Source: Azolla caroliniana (Eukaryota; Plantae; Polypodiophyta). Taken from it: a DNA stretch of 64,000 nt. This document shows, in pieces, positions 1-11,170 of the stretch. The position numbers and the translations under genes are program-made. Position 1 is the stretch's first letter, and each line of letters begins with the position of its first letter. Below the pieces are notes generated by a model that was not told the origin of the DNA, ran no database searches, and saw only the letters and a program-made list of their open reading frames with translations. The stretch lies in NCBI GenBank assembly GCA_043228905.1, contig JBHGNT010000014.1, positions 3,658,001 to 3,722,000 of the forward strand, in the 5' to 3' direction.

Positions 1-1820
1 ATAAGTTACGCATAGGAAGCACACAATGTGCCTAAATATGGTTCTCACCGAACTCATTATGATCACACGAGAAATCATAATAACATAAATGAATATGTCA
101 TGGACTACCATCCGTTAAGTCTAAAGTTATAAGGTTTACATAGTGTATAAGTGAATATGTAGGGTTATGTACAAACATAGCATAACAAAGGGCAATAATT
201 GGAATTGGAGTATGTTGTTAACAAAGGCTAACAAATCCCACATATGTGCTCAACGAAATGTGGGAGCATTTAATATTGGAATGGGTTAATTTTTTGGTTA
301 CTAACCTGACGTGTAAAGGGAAATTTGGTAAGACATTCTAGGGTAACTTGAGGAATTGTATATGTAAAAATCTTCTCACTTACAAGAACATAAGCTATAG
401 CTCTTATTTGTGTCAAATCACCATTGTAATCATGCTTGAGTGCCCTTAATATAAATATAGTACGTGTTTCTTGCTCCCGCCATTGTATGCTTTGTTGAAG
501 TAACTCTCTACAAATTCCTTGTATTTTCCACAAATATCAACATGCACTACCCTTTTCAAGATTTTGTGCATAGTAAAGGAATGTCGCACCTACATCTTTA
601 CAAAAGATTGACATAACTTTATTGACCCAATACCATCAAACAAGAATACATAAGATGTTTTCCTTTTGATTATGATTGTGCAGGGTTCATAACATGTGGA
701 GTCCGATAACAATAATAATGTGTTGTAAGGTGTATAAAAATCTTAGAAATGCATGTAATAGTTTTTTCAAAACAAGGGTAATACATGCATTATGAATCAC
801 TCTCATAATAATTTCACTCTCACACGTTGACAAGCAACTTATTTATTTGGGGTCATGCTTTTAGTCTCACGCTAGCTTGAGTTGCTTCTTTGATCTCCTG
901 AAGCTAGGTAGTGAGTATGAATTGGTGATGGGGTCATGTAGAAACATGTTGTTCCTCGACACTATTTCATGGCTACAAGTAAGATTATTTATGGACATCC
1001 ACTCGAGCCATACATATTGGCATTCCACATAGAGGTGGGGTCAGTCTCTTACGTTCTCCCTACGCAAAATGTTCTTGTACAAGAAGGCCCTCTAGTTGTT
1101 GCAATAGTCTTTATCGAGATTCCAGAATTGGTGGTGGTGGTCAGAAGGAGGGGGGATACTATGAAGAGGTTGGATATGTGTCTCTTGTCATGATGAGAAA
1201 GTTGATTGCCAAGTTTGATTGAAAAACAAACCTTTCTTTTGTCTCGTCAAAAAGACATTGGTTAGGATGAGACACAGAAGGAAGGAATGTTTAATGGGAG
1301 TTGTGAGGAGGGGACCAAAGTATTTTAGATCTAATTTTTCTATATCCCTCTCTTAGCATGTGCCATGTATGAAGTTGTTTAAATCAAATTTTTCTATGCC
1401 CCTCAGACCCCATCTCATAGCATGTATCCAGTATTTTAGATCTAATTTTTTTTATGTCTCTCTCATAATAGCATGTATCCTAGATTTTCCATTTGAGCTT
1501 GGCTATGGGCATATGATTGATCTCTCTCAATGTGGAAATGGTGTCTTCATAACTAAAATTTAGACTTGGACTTAGACTTAATCCTTATTTAACACGGTTA
1601 ATGAGATAATTGTGAAAAAGAAACCTAATATATCGATAACAATCTGTATTAGGGTATTGTCAAGCTAGACTCTAAACACATTTGCTCCGATGGATCCTCC
1701 CGGTATATGCAGACAGTAGTAGAAAGCAAAGGGCAACACAAATTTCTCTGTTTTTGGTGCATTGTCATCAGCTACTCTCCATTACTTGTGGGCAAATTAT
1801 AGAGTATAGAATGAGGATCC

Positions 1821-3866
1821 ATGGTGACCAAATTACATCATCTCCCCTCCAGGGTTCAAGCTCAGGCAGCCCATCTTGCCAAGCTTAGAGGCTTTTGTGA
1901 GAATGGGCAGCTTCATGATGCCATGGCCGCTGCCCAAACCATGTTTCATCACCAACTGCCCATCTCCTCCACCATCCTCTACTGCCTCATTCAAGGTTGT
2001 ATTCAGAACAGAGACCTCGATACAGGGAAAAGACTGTATTCCCTTGCTCTCGATGCTCGTGAGAATCTTCTGGATTCCTTCCTTGGTTGCCATTTTATCC
2101 ATATGTTCTCTTTGTGTGGAAGCTTGTATGAAGCTTCTTCTGTTTTCGATAGGATTCACGAACCTAGCGTGTTTTGTTGGAGTGCGATTATTCAAGCAAA
2201 TGTAAAATATGGACAAAACCAAGAAGCAATATATCTATACGAAAAGATGCATCGGAAATCTGCCTGTATCTCTCCAGACAGCCATGTTTTTGTGGCTATC
2301 CTGAAGGCTTGCTCCAATGCATGTGAAGTGATGCAAGGGCAAGTTATTCATGGTAACATAGTTGAATTATCGTTCCAATGTGATGTGGTCATCACTAATG
2401 CTCTCATAGATATGTATCATAGATGTGGGTCCTTACAAGATGCGTTCAGAATGTTTTGCCAATCTTCGAAACGAGATTTAGTTACTTGGAATTCGATGAT
2501 ATCTGGCTTTGCTAATCATAAAAGATGCAAAGAGGCCTATAGTCTCATGGAACAAATGAGATGTAATGGTGTGGAGCCCAACCTTGTGACTTGGAATTCG
2601 GTTCTTTCGGGTTATGCCCTAAATGGAGATTATAAAAAAGCTCTTGAGATTTTGGAACAAATGCAACAAGCAAAGATAGAGCCAGATTGTTTCACATTTA
2701 CAAGTCTGCTAAAGGCATGTGGGGCCAAAGGAGCTTTGAGTGAAGGAAAGTGGATACATTCCCAACTGATAAGAAGTGGCATTAGATTAGATTTACCGAT
2801 AAGCAATGCCCTTGTTGACATGTATATTAAATGTGGGCGATTAGAGGATGCATGTAAAGAAACACATAAATTGTCGAGTTGTGATGTAGTTACATGGACC
2901 TCTATGATTGTTGGATATACCCAACATGGGCATAATCACACTGTATTGCAAATTTTTCAAGAGATGGAACAAAGAAATAAAACGCCTGACCATTTTGCTT
3001 TCGTTAGCCTTCTCAAAGCAAGTACTAATTCAGGAGCTATTGATCAAGGCAAAATCATTCATGCGTATGTGGTTGAAAGCAGTATGGAGCTAGATGAGTA
3101 TATCAGAAGTGCAATTATTGATATGTATGCAAAATGTGGAAGCCTAGAGTGTGCATACAGTGTGTTTGGAAATTTGTTAGATAGAGACGGTGTTTCCTGG
3201 AGTGCGATGATTGGTGGATGTTCCAGTCATGGTGAATATAAGATGGCATTGATACATTTACAACACATGTTGTGCACAGGTTTAGAGCCAAATTCGGCTA
3301 TTTTTCTTTGCCTTCTTTCTGCATGTGGACATCTGGGTATTGTTGATGAGGGGAAAAGCCTCTTCATTTCAATGACAAAATTTCATGGATTAATGCCGAC
3401 AGTTGAACATTACAACTGTATAGTCGATTTGCTTGGCCATGCCGGATGTTTGAATGAAGCTGAAGAAATATTGAAAGGCATGCCCTTTCGTTGTAACATT
3501 GTAGGATGGATATCTTTGCTGAGTAGCTGTAAATTATATACTGATGTGCAGTTAGGTAAACGGTGTTTTGATCAAGTAATTGCATTAGATGAGAAAAATG
3601 CTTCGGCGTATCTTCTAATGTTTAGCATTTATGCTGATGCCGACATGCCGGAATCTGCAAATAGAATTCGTAAAATGAGGTATGATGTCTTTACACAGAA
3701 GGAAGCTGGAATATCATGCATTGAGGTAGGAACTGAGGTGCATAACTTCCGTGTCGGAGATGAAAGTCATCCTCAAAATGATCCAATATATGCCAAGTTG
3801 AAGAATATAAGTGTATTTATCAAGCAGAAAGGATATGTGCCACAATGTGGATTGCAGGTATATTGA
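1821..3866 (+). CDS. PLS-class pentatricopeptide repeat protein, E/E+ subgroup (organellar RNA-editing specificity factor), intronless
   Basis: 681-aa ORF with alternating P/L/S repeats (NALIDMYHRCGSL, DLVTWNSMISG, PDCFTFTSLLKAC) and E1/E2 motifs (HYNCIVDLLGHAG, WISLLSSCK, SAYLLMFSIYA). It continues into a PG-box-like KEAGISCIEV...HNFRVGDESHPQ and ends just after GYVP, with no HxE/CxxC/DYW. Confidence 0.95.
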   Translation: MVTKLHHLPSRVQAQAAHLAKLRGFCENGQLHDAMAAAQTMFHHQLPISSTILYCLIQGCIQNRDLDTGKRLYSLALDARENLLDSFLGCHFIHMFSLCGSLYEASSVFDRIHEPSVFCWSAIIQANVKYGQNQEAIYLYEKMHRKSACISPDSHVFVAILKACSNACEVMQGQVIHGNIVELSFQCDVVITNALIDMYHRCGSLQDAFRMFCQSSKRDLVTWNSMISGFANHKRCKEAYSLMEQMRCNGVEPNLVTWNSVLSGYALNGDYKKALEILEQMQQAKIEPDCFTFTSLLKACGAKGALSEGKWIHSQLIRSGIRLDLPISNALVDMYIKCGRLEDACKETHKLSSCDVVTWTSMIVGYTQHGHNHTVLQIFQEMEQRNKTPDHFAFVSLLKASTNSGAIDQGKIIHAYVVESSMELDEYIRSAIIDMYAKCGSLECAYSVFGNLLDRDGVSWSAMIGGCSSHGEYKMALIHLQHMLCTGLEPNSAIFLCLLSACGHLGIVDEGKSLFISMTKFHGLMPTVEHYNCIVDLLGHAGCLNEAEEILKGMPFRCNIVGWISLLSSCKLYTDVQLGKRCFDQVIALDEKNASAYLLMFSIYADADMPESANRIRKMRYDVFTQKEAGISCIEVGTEVHNFRVGDESHPQNDPIYAKLKNISVFIKQKGYVPQCGLQVY

Positions 3867-4689
3867 TGCTGTATGGATCGGGTGTATGAGGATGCTGAAA
3901 GGTGTAACGGATGGAGAAAGGATTCAAAATTTCTGTGCTGAACATTTTATCGGTCAATCAATGCATGCAGATAAGTTCTATTTGTACAAGTTCAGTTTAC
4001 GCACTGGAAATGTATTTTGTACAGAACTGGTGGTTAAGAACTTAGACGGAACGATGGAGGCTTTCTTCCTTTTTCTCTTCTAGTGATAGCTTATGTTACT
4101 AGTGAAAAGCTCAGGAGTGGTAAATAAATGTTACTGCATAAACTAGAGTTTGGATGATATGATGCTCAACTTAAAAGCACACAAAGGGCTTTTTGAAAGC
4201 TTTCTAATGGAAGTTCATGGAGTTTGACTATCATACAAAGATGGCCAACTGAATGCTTGAAGAAAATGAATGCATCAGGATTGGGTTGATCGTAGACTAC
4301 ATTACATGGTTGATCATACTGCTCTACAGAGAAGAAGATCACTTGCTGCATACTACGACGACACTACTGCATTGAATATTACTCCAAATAGAAGTTTCCA
4401 AGGTACATATCACAGCCCTTATTGTTTTACAAAGGAATATCACTTTATTTTCTCATGAATTTATCTTTGATCTTATTACAGATGGCGAACACTACTACAT
4501 GGTTAAGAGTAGATCTTGCTTGAGTTGATTCAATTATATCGAAAGGTTTCTTCAAAATAACTGGAGGGAGTGTAGACTGAAGGAGTTGAGCTTGACACGA
4601 CGATCTACATTCTCCACCATGACTATTAGAAGCTAAGTACAATAACCATCTCCGTACCATTCATGGACAATGTCATAAACAGTACTGTA

Positions 4690-5900
4690 ACCATGACATG
4701 TGTAGCTTCTTCAATGGGTTAAGTAACTATAATAAGATTCAAATGGTTGCTTCTAACCAAGAAAAAACAGGTTTCCTCATTTAGTGGGGGGTGACAATGA
4801 TTTTTGGTCTCACGACAATATCAACAACCTTTCAAGGAATCATCTTCGAAATATTTGAGCCATCGCTTTCCTTGATGATTTTCGGGTGTTAAAAAACGCC
4901 CAACTAGACCATCTATGGTATCACACCATGTCTCGAGAAATGTTGCACCAACCACCTAAGACTAAATTTATAGCAATGCACCTTAGGAGTGTCAAGTGGC
5001 ATGCTTCTTGAGCGCATTATCAACAAGAACGAGATTGCCATTGATCTTGGCAAAGTAAAGACTATGTCTATAGTCACTTGCCCTAGTCAATACCGAGAGG
5101 CTTGTTTAATTCATCATGGTAGAGTTGATGCCTTGCTATCTCTCATACTTTGCCACAACAATTCATTACGACAACCACCGAATGTCGTTCTTTGTATTCA
5201 AATTGGGAATCGTACCTCACAAGTAGTGAATGTGATGATTGCTTAGATGTCAATCATCCAATATGTTTTTGTTGATGCTTCCACATGACCCCAAGTAACG
5301 TGTTCCTGTAGTTGCATGTTCCTATCAATTGGTCTACTACACCAATGAATGTGATGCTTTCTTAGACATCAATCAATCATTCCTATAGTTGCATGTTCCT
5401 ATCAATTGGTCTACTACACCAATGAATGTGATGCGTGCTTAGACATCAATCAATCATTCCTGTGGTTGCATGTTCCTATCAATTGGTCTACTACACCAAT
5501 GAATGTGATGCTTGCTTAGATATCAATCAATCAATATATTTTTGTTGATGCCTCCCCATGACCCTAAGTAGTGTGTTCATGTAGTTGTTGTTCCTATCAA
5601 CTGGTCTACTACACCAATCACAATGATCTAAAGCAAAGTGAAATTACTCCATGATTGAGTGTGAGGTTTTGGGGGTGATTTATTGCATCAACTATCTCTA
5701 AGAGTGGAAATGCATTTGTATTTCGTGGCGATTCAACACTTGTATTTCGTGGTCAAGGCCACACTCGATAAATGATATTGATCCAAAAAATTGAATTTGC
5801 AATATTCCATTGTCCCAATGCACAAAATGAAGTTGCTAATTACCTATCTCACTTGAATTTGAGGAAGCAAGCACAAACATCACTCATAGTTGTAGAAACT
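4690..5900 (+). mobile_element. Highly degenerate Ty3/gypsy RT-RNase H remnant (non-chromoviral, related to the element at 44495-60938)
   Basis: Manual translation gives NQEKTGF..WGV..FGLTTISTTFQGIIFEIF, SSGMLLERIINKNEIAIDLGKVK and NYSMIECEVLGVIY. These match DQEKTAFVTEWGV...FGLKTASATFQRIIMEIF, SSGTLLGHIVSKEGIVVDPDKVK and NYSTTEREALGMIY at 49270-50421. Boundaries approximate. Confidence 0.75.
5305..5620. repeat. 77-bp tandem repeat (3 copies plus a partial fourth) inside the RNase H remnant
   Basis: GTTGCATGTTCCTATCAATTGGTCTACTACACCAAT starts at 5311, 5388 and 5465; a variant recurs near 5584. Confidence 0.9.
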
Positions 5901-6299
5901 TAGCATACAATACACATGCTATGTATTGTAAACATGTTCTACCTATTACATAGAATAGATTAAATACTTCTTATATTTGAAATGTTAGATTTCTAATTTT
6001 TGTAATGCGGCTTGTTTTCTGGCCTTATTTTACAATATTTAAACTCTTTACATTTTTTGAAACTGTTAAATATGTGTTACATACATTGAATATGTAGAAT
6101 ACATTAAACATTTCAAAGTAGTAGTTTTGAAACCTAAAATATGTTCTTTATACTTCATAGTATTCTAAAACGTATTCTCTCCATAAAATATGCATTTTTT
6201 TATCAACTATGGCTTCATCAATGATTTTCTTCATGTTGTAATCCTACTATATTTGTCTGAACAAATGGCCCACACTATGTGAAAGGTGCATTGGGCTAA

Positions 6300-7050
6300 T
6301 GATCCTGAAGGTATAGTTTTCCCATTTTAGTAAAAATTCACAAGTTCTAAGTACCATTGCACATGAATTGTGGTGTAGACGAGTTTGAATTCTTAGTACC
6401 TTCCATGGATCCATTTGGCGATCGTGGAAATCATGCTACTCTTCGGTCTTGGAGATCAAGATCCCATCAGAGAAATGAACATGAAGATGTCCAAGAAGTC
6501 TATCATTGGAAATTTGTTGAAAAACTATTGGTGCATTTGTGATGACATCATTGAGCACTCGAAATGTCCATGTCAAGAAACAAAATGCGTTAATCCACTC
6601 ATCATTTGGACGGATACAAACATGATTTTAAATACCTCGAAAAGCTAACTTTTTGAAGTATATGGCTCTACTCAATAATTCCAAAACACTTGAGGACAAA
6701 GGCAAAGCATAAATATTGTGAATATTGACATTGTTTAACCGTATATAATCTATAACCAAGCAAAGTGTGAACCATCTTTCTTCTTAACAAAGAATATTGT
6801 TGCACTAACGGGGGAATTACAATGCCAAATGAATCCATTTCACAAATTTTCATTTATATATTCTCGAAGAGCATTGCGATTTGATCATGAAAGATTATAA
6901 ATTGGCACCCATGGTGGTTTTGTCTCCTGTTGAATATCCATTGGACAATCATCAAGTCGATGGTTGGGGAGTGTATTAGCCTTGACCTGGTCAAAGACAT
7001 CTACGATTCTATTTGTCATTGGTTGGTAATAGGGACTCTAAATTTTGTGG
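6300..7050 (-). mobile_element. Degenerate chromovirus-type Ty3/gypsy RT remnant (second copy at ~8360-9110)
   Basis: The minus strand reads RGI*NHVCIRPNDEWINAF, TNAPIVFQQ, DFLDIFMFIS..GILISKTEE*HDFH. This resembles RSGYHQIRIRPGDEWKTAF...TNAPATFQ...FLDKFVVVYLDDILIYSKTEEEH. Confidence 0.65.
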
Positions 7051-7164
7051 GTTGAGAGATAAAGTTGATAACACTATGAATATAAACATTTCCTTGTCCC
7101 ATCCCTTAGAGTGTATTAGCCTTGACCAGCCTTGACCTGGTCAAAGACATCTACGATTCTATTT

Positions 7165-7729
7165 ATCTAAGTCGGGGACTTATACTTGGGGTATGACCAA
7201 TTCTAACTAGCCGTCGGAAGTAGGGACATCACAATGATGCGAACCCCTCTTGGCCTACTTCGGATGTGTACCCTACCGCAAGGAGGGACCAATTTGATGG
7301 CGCACATGGTGAATGCGATGAACAAAGTGTTGAGGGACTGCATCCCGGACATCACCATGCCATTCCTGGATGACATTCCAATCAAGGGATGTACGGAAGA
7401 TGTGAAGGATGAATCGATCGGAACAAACATATGCCGTAGGTTTGCCGCGGATCACATCTCCGACTGCGAGAAGATACTGCAGAGGCTCGAGGGCGCTCGT
7501 CTTACCTTCTCCGGGGAGAAGTCGGCTTTCAGACAATCGGAGATCCTGGTGGTCGGCCACCTATGTGGTCCATACGGCCGGAAACCATCCCTGGGAAAGG
7601 TAGAAGCTCGGCTATGAAGGAAGAATGCGGGTTAGTAACCGAAGTCTGATGATTCTTGGCAGTGTGTGCCTTCTACCATATTTGGATTCCGCACTACACG
7701 CATATCACCGAGCCACTCTATGGCTTGCT
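7165..7729 (+). mobile_element. Duplicated RT fragment of the Trp-primed gypsy lineage
   Basis: ORF 7234-7617 (MRTPLGLLRMCTLPQGGTN...MPFLDDIPIKG) is nearly the same as the RT of the element at 55286-58642. Confidence 0.9.
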
Positions 7730-9224
7730 CTCCAAGACCGAAGAGTAGCATGATTTCCACGATCGCCATGAAAGGTGCATCACCCATGCATTTCCACACT
7801 TGTATTTCGTGGTCAAGGCCACACTCGATAAATGATATTGATCCAAAAAATTGAATTTGCAATATTCCATTGTCCCAATGCACAAAATGAAGTTGCTAAT
7901 TACCTATCTCACTTGAATTTGAGGAAGCAAGCACAAACATCACTCATAGTTGTAGAAACTTAGCATACAATACACATGCTATGTATTGTAAACATGTTCT
8001 ACCTATTACATAGAATAGATTAAATACTTCTTATATTTGAAATGTTAGATTTCTAATTTTTGTAATGCGGCTTGTTTTCTGGCCTTATTTTACAATATTT
8101 AAACTCTTTACATTTTTTGAAACTGTTAAATATGTGTTACATACATTGAATATGTAGAATACATTAAACATTTCAAAGTAGTAGTTTTGAAACCTAAAAT
8201 ATGTTCTTTATACTTCATAGTATTCTAAAACGTATTCTCTCCATAAAATATGCATTTTTTTATCAACTATGGCTTCATCAATGATTTTCTTCATGTTGTA
8301 ATCCTACTATATTTGTCTGAACAAATGGCCCACACTATGTGAAAGGTGCATTGGGCTAATGATCCTGAAGGTATAGTTTTCCCATTTTAGTAAAAATTCA
8401 CAAGTTCTAAGTACCATTGCACATGAATTGTGGTGTAGACGAGTTTGAATTCTTAGTACCTTCCATGGATCCATTTGGCGATCGTGGAAATCATGCTACT
8501 CTTCGGTCTTGGAGATCAAGATCCCATCAGAGAAATGAACATGAAGATGTCCAAGAAGTCTATCATTGGAAATTTGTTGAAAAACTATTGGTGCATTTGT
8601 GATGACATCATTGAGCACTCGAAATGTCCATGTCAAGAAACAAAATGCGTTAATCCACTCATCATTTGGACGGATACAAACATGATTTTAAATACCTCGA
8701 AAAGCTAACTTTTTGAAGTATATGGCTCTACTCAATAATTCCAAAACACTTGAGGACAAAGGCAAAGCATAAATATTGTGAATATTGACATTGTTTAACC
8801 GTATATAATCTATAACCAAGCAAAGTGTGAACCATCTTTCTTCTTAACAAAGAATATTGTTGCACTAACGGGGGAATTACAATGCCAAATGAATCCATTT
8901 CACAAATTTTCATTTATATATTCTCGAAGAGCATTGCGATTTGATCATGAAAGATTATAAATTGGCACCCATGGTGGTTTTGTCTCCTGTTGAATATCCA
9001 TTGGACAATCATCAAGTCGATGGTTGGGGAGTGTATTAGCCTTGACCTGGTCAAAGACATCTACGATTCTATTTGTCATTGGTTGGTAATAGGGACTCTA
9101 AATTTTGTGGGTTGAGAGATAAAGTTGATAACACTATGAATATAAACATTTCCTTGTCCCATCCCTTAGAGTGTATTAGCCTTGACCAGCCTTGACCTGG
9201 TCAAAGACATCTACGATTCTATTT

Positions 9225-11170
9225 ATCTAAGTCGGGGACTTATACTTGGGGTATGACCAATTCTAACTAGCCGTCGGAAGTAGGGACATCACAATGATGC
9301 GAACCCCTCTTGGCCTACTTCGGATGTGTACCCTACCGCAAGGAGGGACCAATTTGATGGCGCACATGGTGAATGCGATGAACAAAGTGTTGAGGGACTG
9401 CATCCCGGACATCACCATGCCATTCCTGGATGACATTCCAATCAAGGGATGTACGGAAGATGTGAAGGATGAATCGATCGGAACAAACATATGCCGTAGG
9501 TTTGCCGCGGATCACATCTCCGACTGCGAGAAGATACTGCAGAGGCTCGAGGGCGCTCGTCTTACCTTCTCCGGGGAGAAGTCGGCTTTCAGACAATCGG
9601 AGATCCTGGTGGTCGGCCACCTATGTGGTCCATACGGCCGGAAACCATCCCTGGGAAAGGTAGAAGCTCGGCTATGAAGGAAGAATGCGGGTTAGTAACC
9701 GAAGTCTGATGATTCTTGGCAGTGTGTGCCTTCTACCATATTTGGATTCCGCACTACACGCATATCACCGAGCCACTCTATGGCTTGCTGAAGAAAGAAC
9801 GGAAATTCAAATGGGGCGTAGAACACTCGGAGGCAGTTTGAAGACTAAGGGAGATGATGACGGCTACATCGGTTCTCTGGAAAGCTGTATACAAGTCGGA
9901 CACTCCGGTTTACATTACAGTGGACACAAGTCCGACTAGAATTGGGTGGGTCGTAAATCAGGAAGATGAGAACGGCGCACGGTTTCCCATCCGGTTCGGC
10001 GTGAAGGTGCTAAGCGAGCAGCAACAAGGATACGCCAAAGTTAAACACAAGCTATTGGGTATCGTTTCAATGGTTAAGGCCGATAAGGACTATTTAATCA
10101 GGACAGACGTAATTATAGAGATAGACTACTTACCAATTCTCGGTATGGTTTCCGGATACACAACTCTAGACCTGACAATGCTCAGATGGATTGCGTACAT
10201 CAAGTCCTTGAATCCGGAAATATGGCATATCTCCGGGAAAGACAACGCCATGGCCAATATGCTTTCAAGAGAGAGGTTTGAAAACGAGGACGACATGGTG
10301 TCAGAAAACAAAGAGGTTGGTGTGGACTTCTTTAAGTCGGCCCAAATGACGGCAAACAAGCGAAGCACTCTGCCCCTTAACGAGTTCAACGAGGACGAGG
10401 ACGATGGGGAGTGGATGCTGATCGGAAGATTCCTCAGCTTGATGATGACGGATGTGTCGTGGATGAAAGAAGAAGCGAGTCGACTCTAGAAGAAATCTTA
10501 CAAATTCTTCCTACGAGGTGGGAAAATCTAGCGGCATCCGAAGAAGCGGAATGGCGCACCACTCTGGGTGGTGACGCGAGAAGAAGACCAATCAGTGTTG
10601 ATGATGGAGTTCCACGACAGTCCTTGTTCTGGACATCGAGGGACATGGGCCACTTTCGAGAAGCTGAAAGAGAAGTACTGGTGGCCGAGAATGTATAAGG
10701 ACATGCACCACTTCGTGTCGATGTGCGAAAGCTGTTGGATGCACTTAGTGATCCGACACCGCGACAAGCTGCACCCGACTTACCTGCCAACCATAAACTT
10801 CAAATGGATGGCCGACTTGGTGATGATGCCAATGGGAGTAGGGCATATGCGGTAGCTAGTGTTAGCAAGGGAAGATTTGACAAACCAGGTGGGAGGCCGA
10901 GCATTGATGAACAAGACAACTGCGACCGTATGCAAGTTCCTAATAGAGGATGTCATCTGCCGATACGGGTGTGTGGGGAAGATCGTGGCCGACCAGGGGG
11001 AGCTGGACACGGAAGAGGCTGAAGAGCTATTTGGCCGACTAGGGGTCAAATTGCCCCTCATGAAGGCGTACAACCCAGAGACGAACAGGAAGGTCGAGCG
11101 AGGGCACGGGCCAATCGTAAAAGCTATAGTATGCGCATGCGATGGGCGAGTTGGTAACTGGCCGAGGTTC
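9225..11170 (+). mobile_element. Disrupted RT-RNase H-integrase fragment of the Trp-primed gypsy lineage
   Basis: ORFs 9294, 9854, 10568 and 10859 align collinearly with pol 55286-58642 (VDTSPT, GHRGTWATFEKLK, KIVADQGELD). It has stops and frameshifts and is cut off at 11170 by a copia LTR. Confidence 0.93.

Larger units (their letters stand above)
5736..9789. repeat. Tandem segmental duplication, period 2060 bp (copy 1 ~5736-7729, copy 2 ~7796-9789) with a 66-bp filler between copies
   Basis: Identical ORF sets are offset by exactly 2060 (6357/8417, 7234/9294 and others). The copies look identical by eye until TGGCTTGCT at 7729/9789. Confidence 0.97.

Noticed and set aside
1-1700. Possible gene or transposon upstream of the PPR gene
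   Set aside because: Only short ORFs without recognisable motifs and a small imperfect repeat near 1320-1490; I cannot support a call.
5305-5620. CRISPR-like array
   Set aside because: Whole units are repeated with no unique spacers, the context is eukaryotic, and there are no cas genes.
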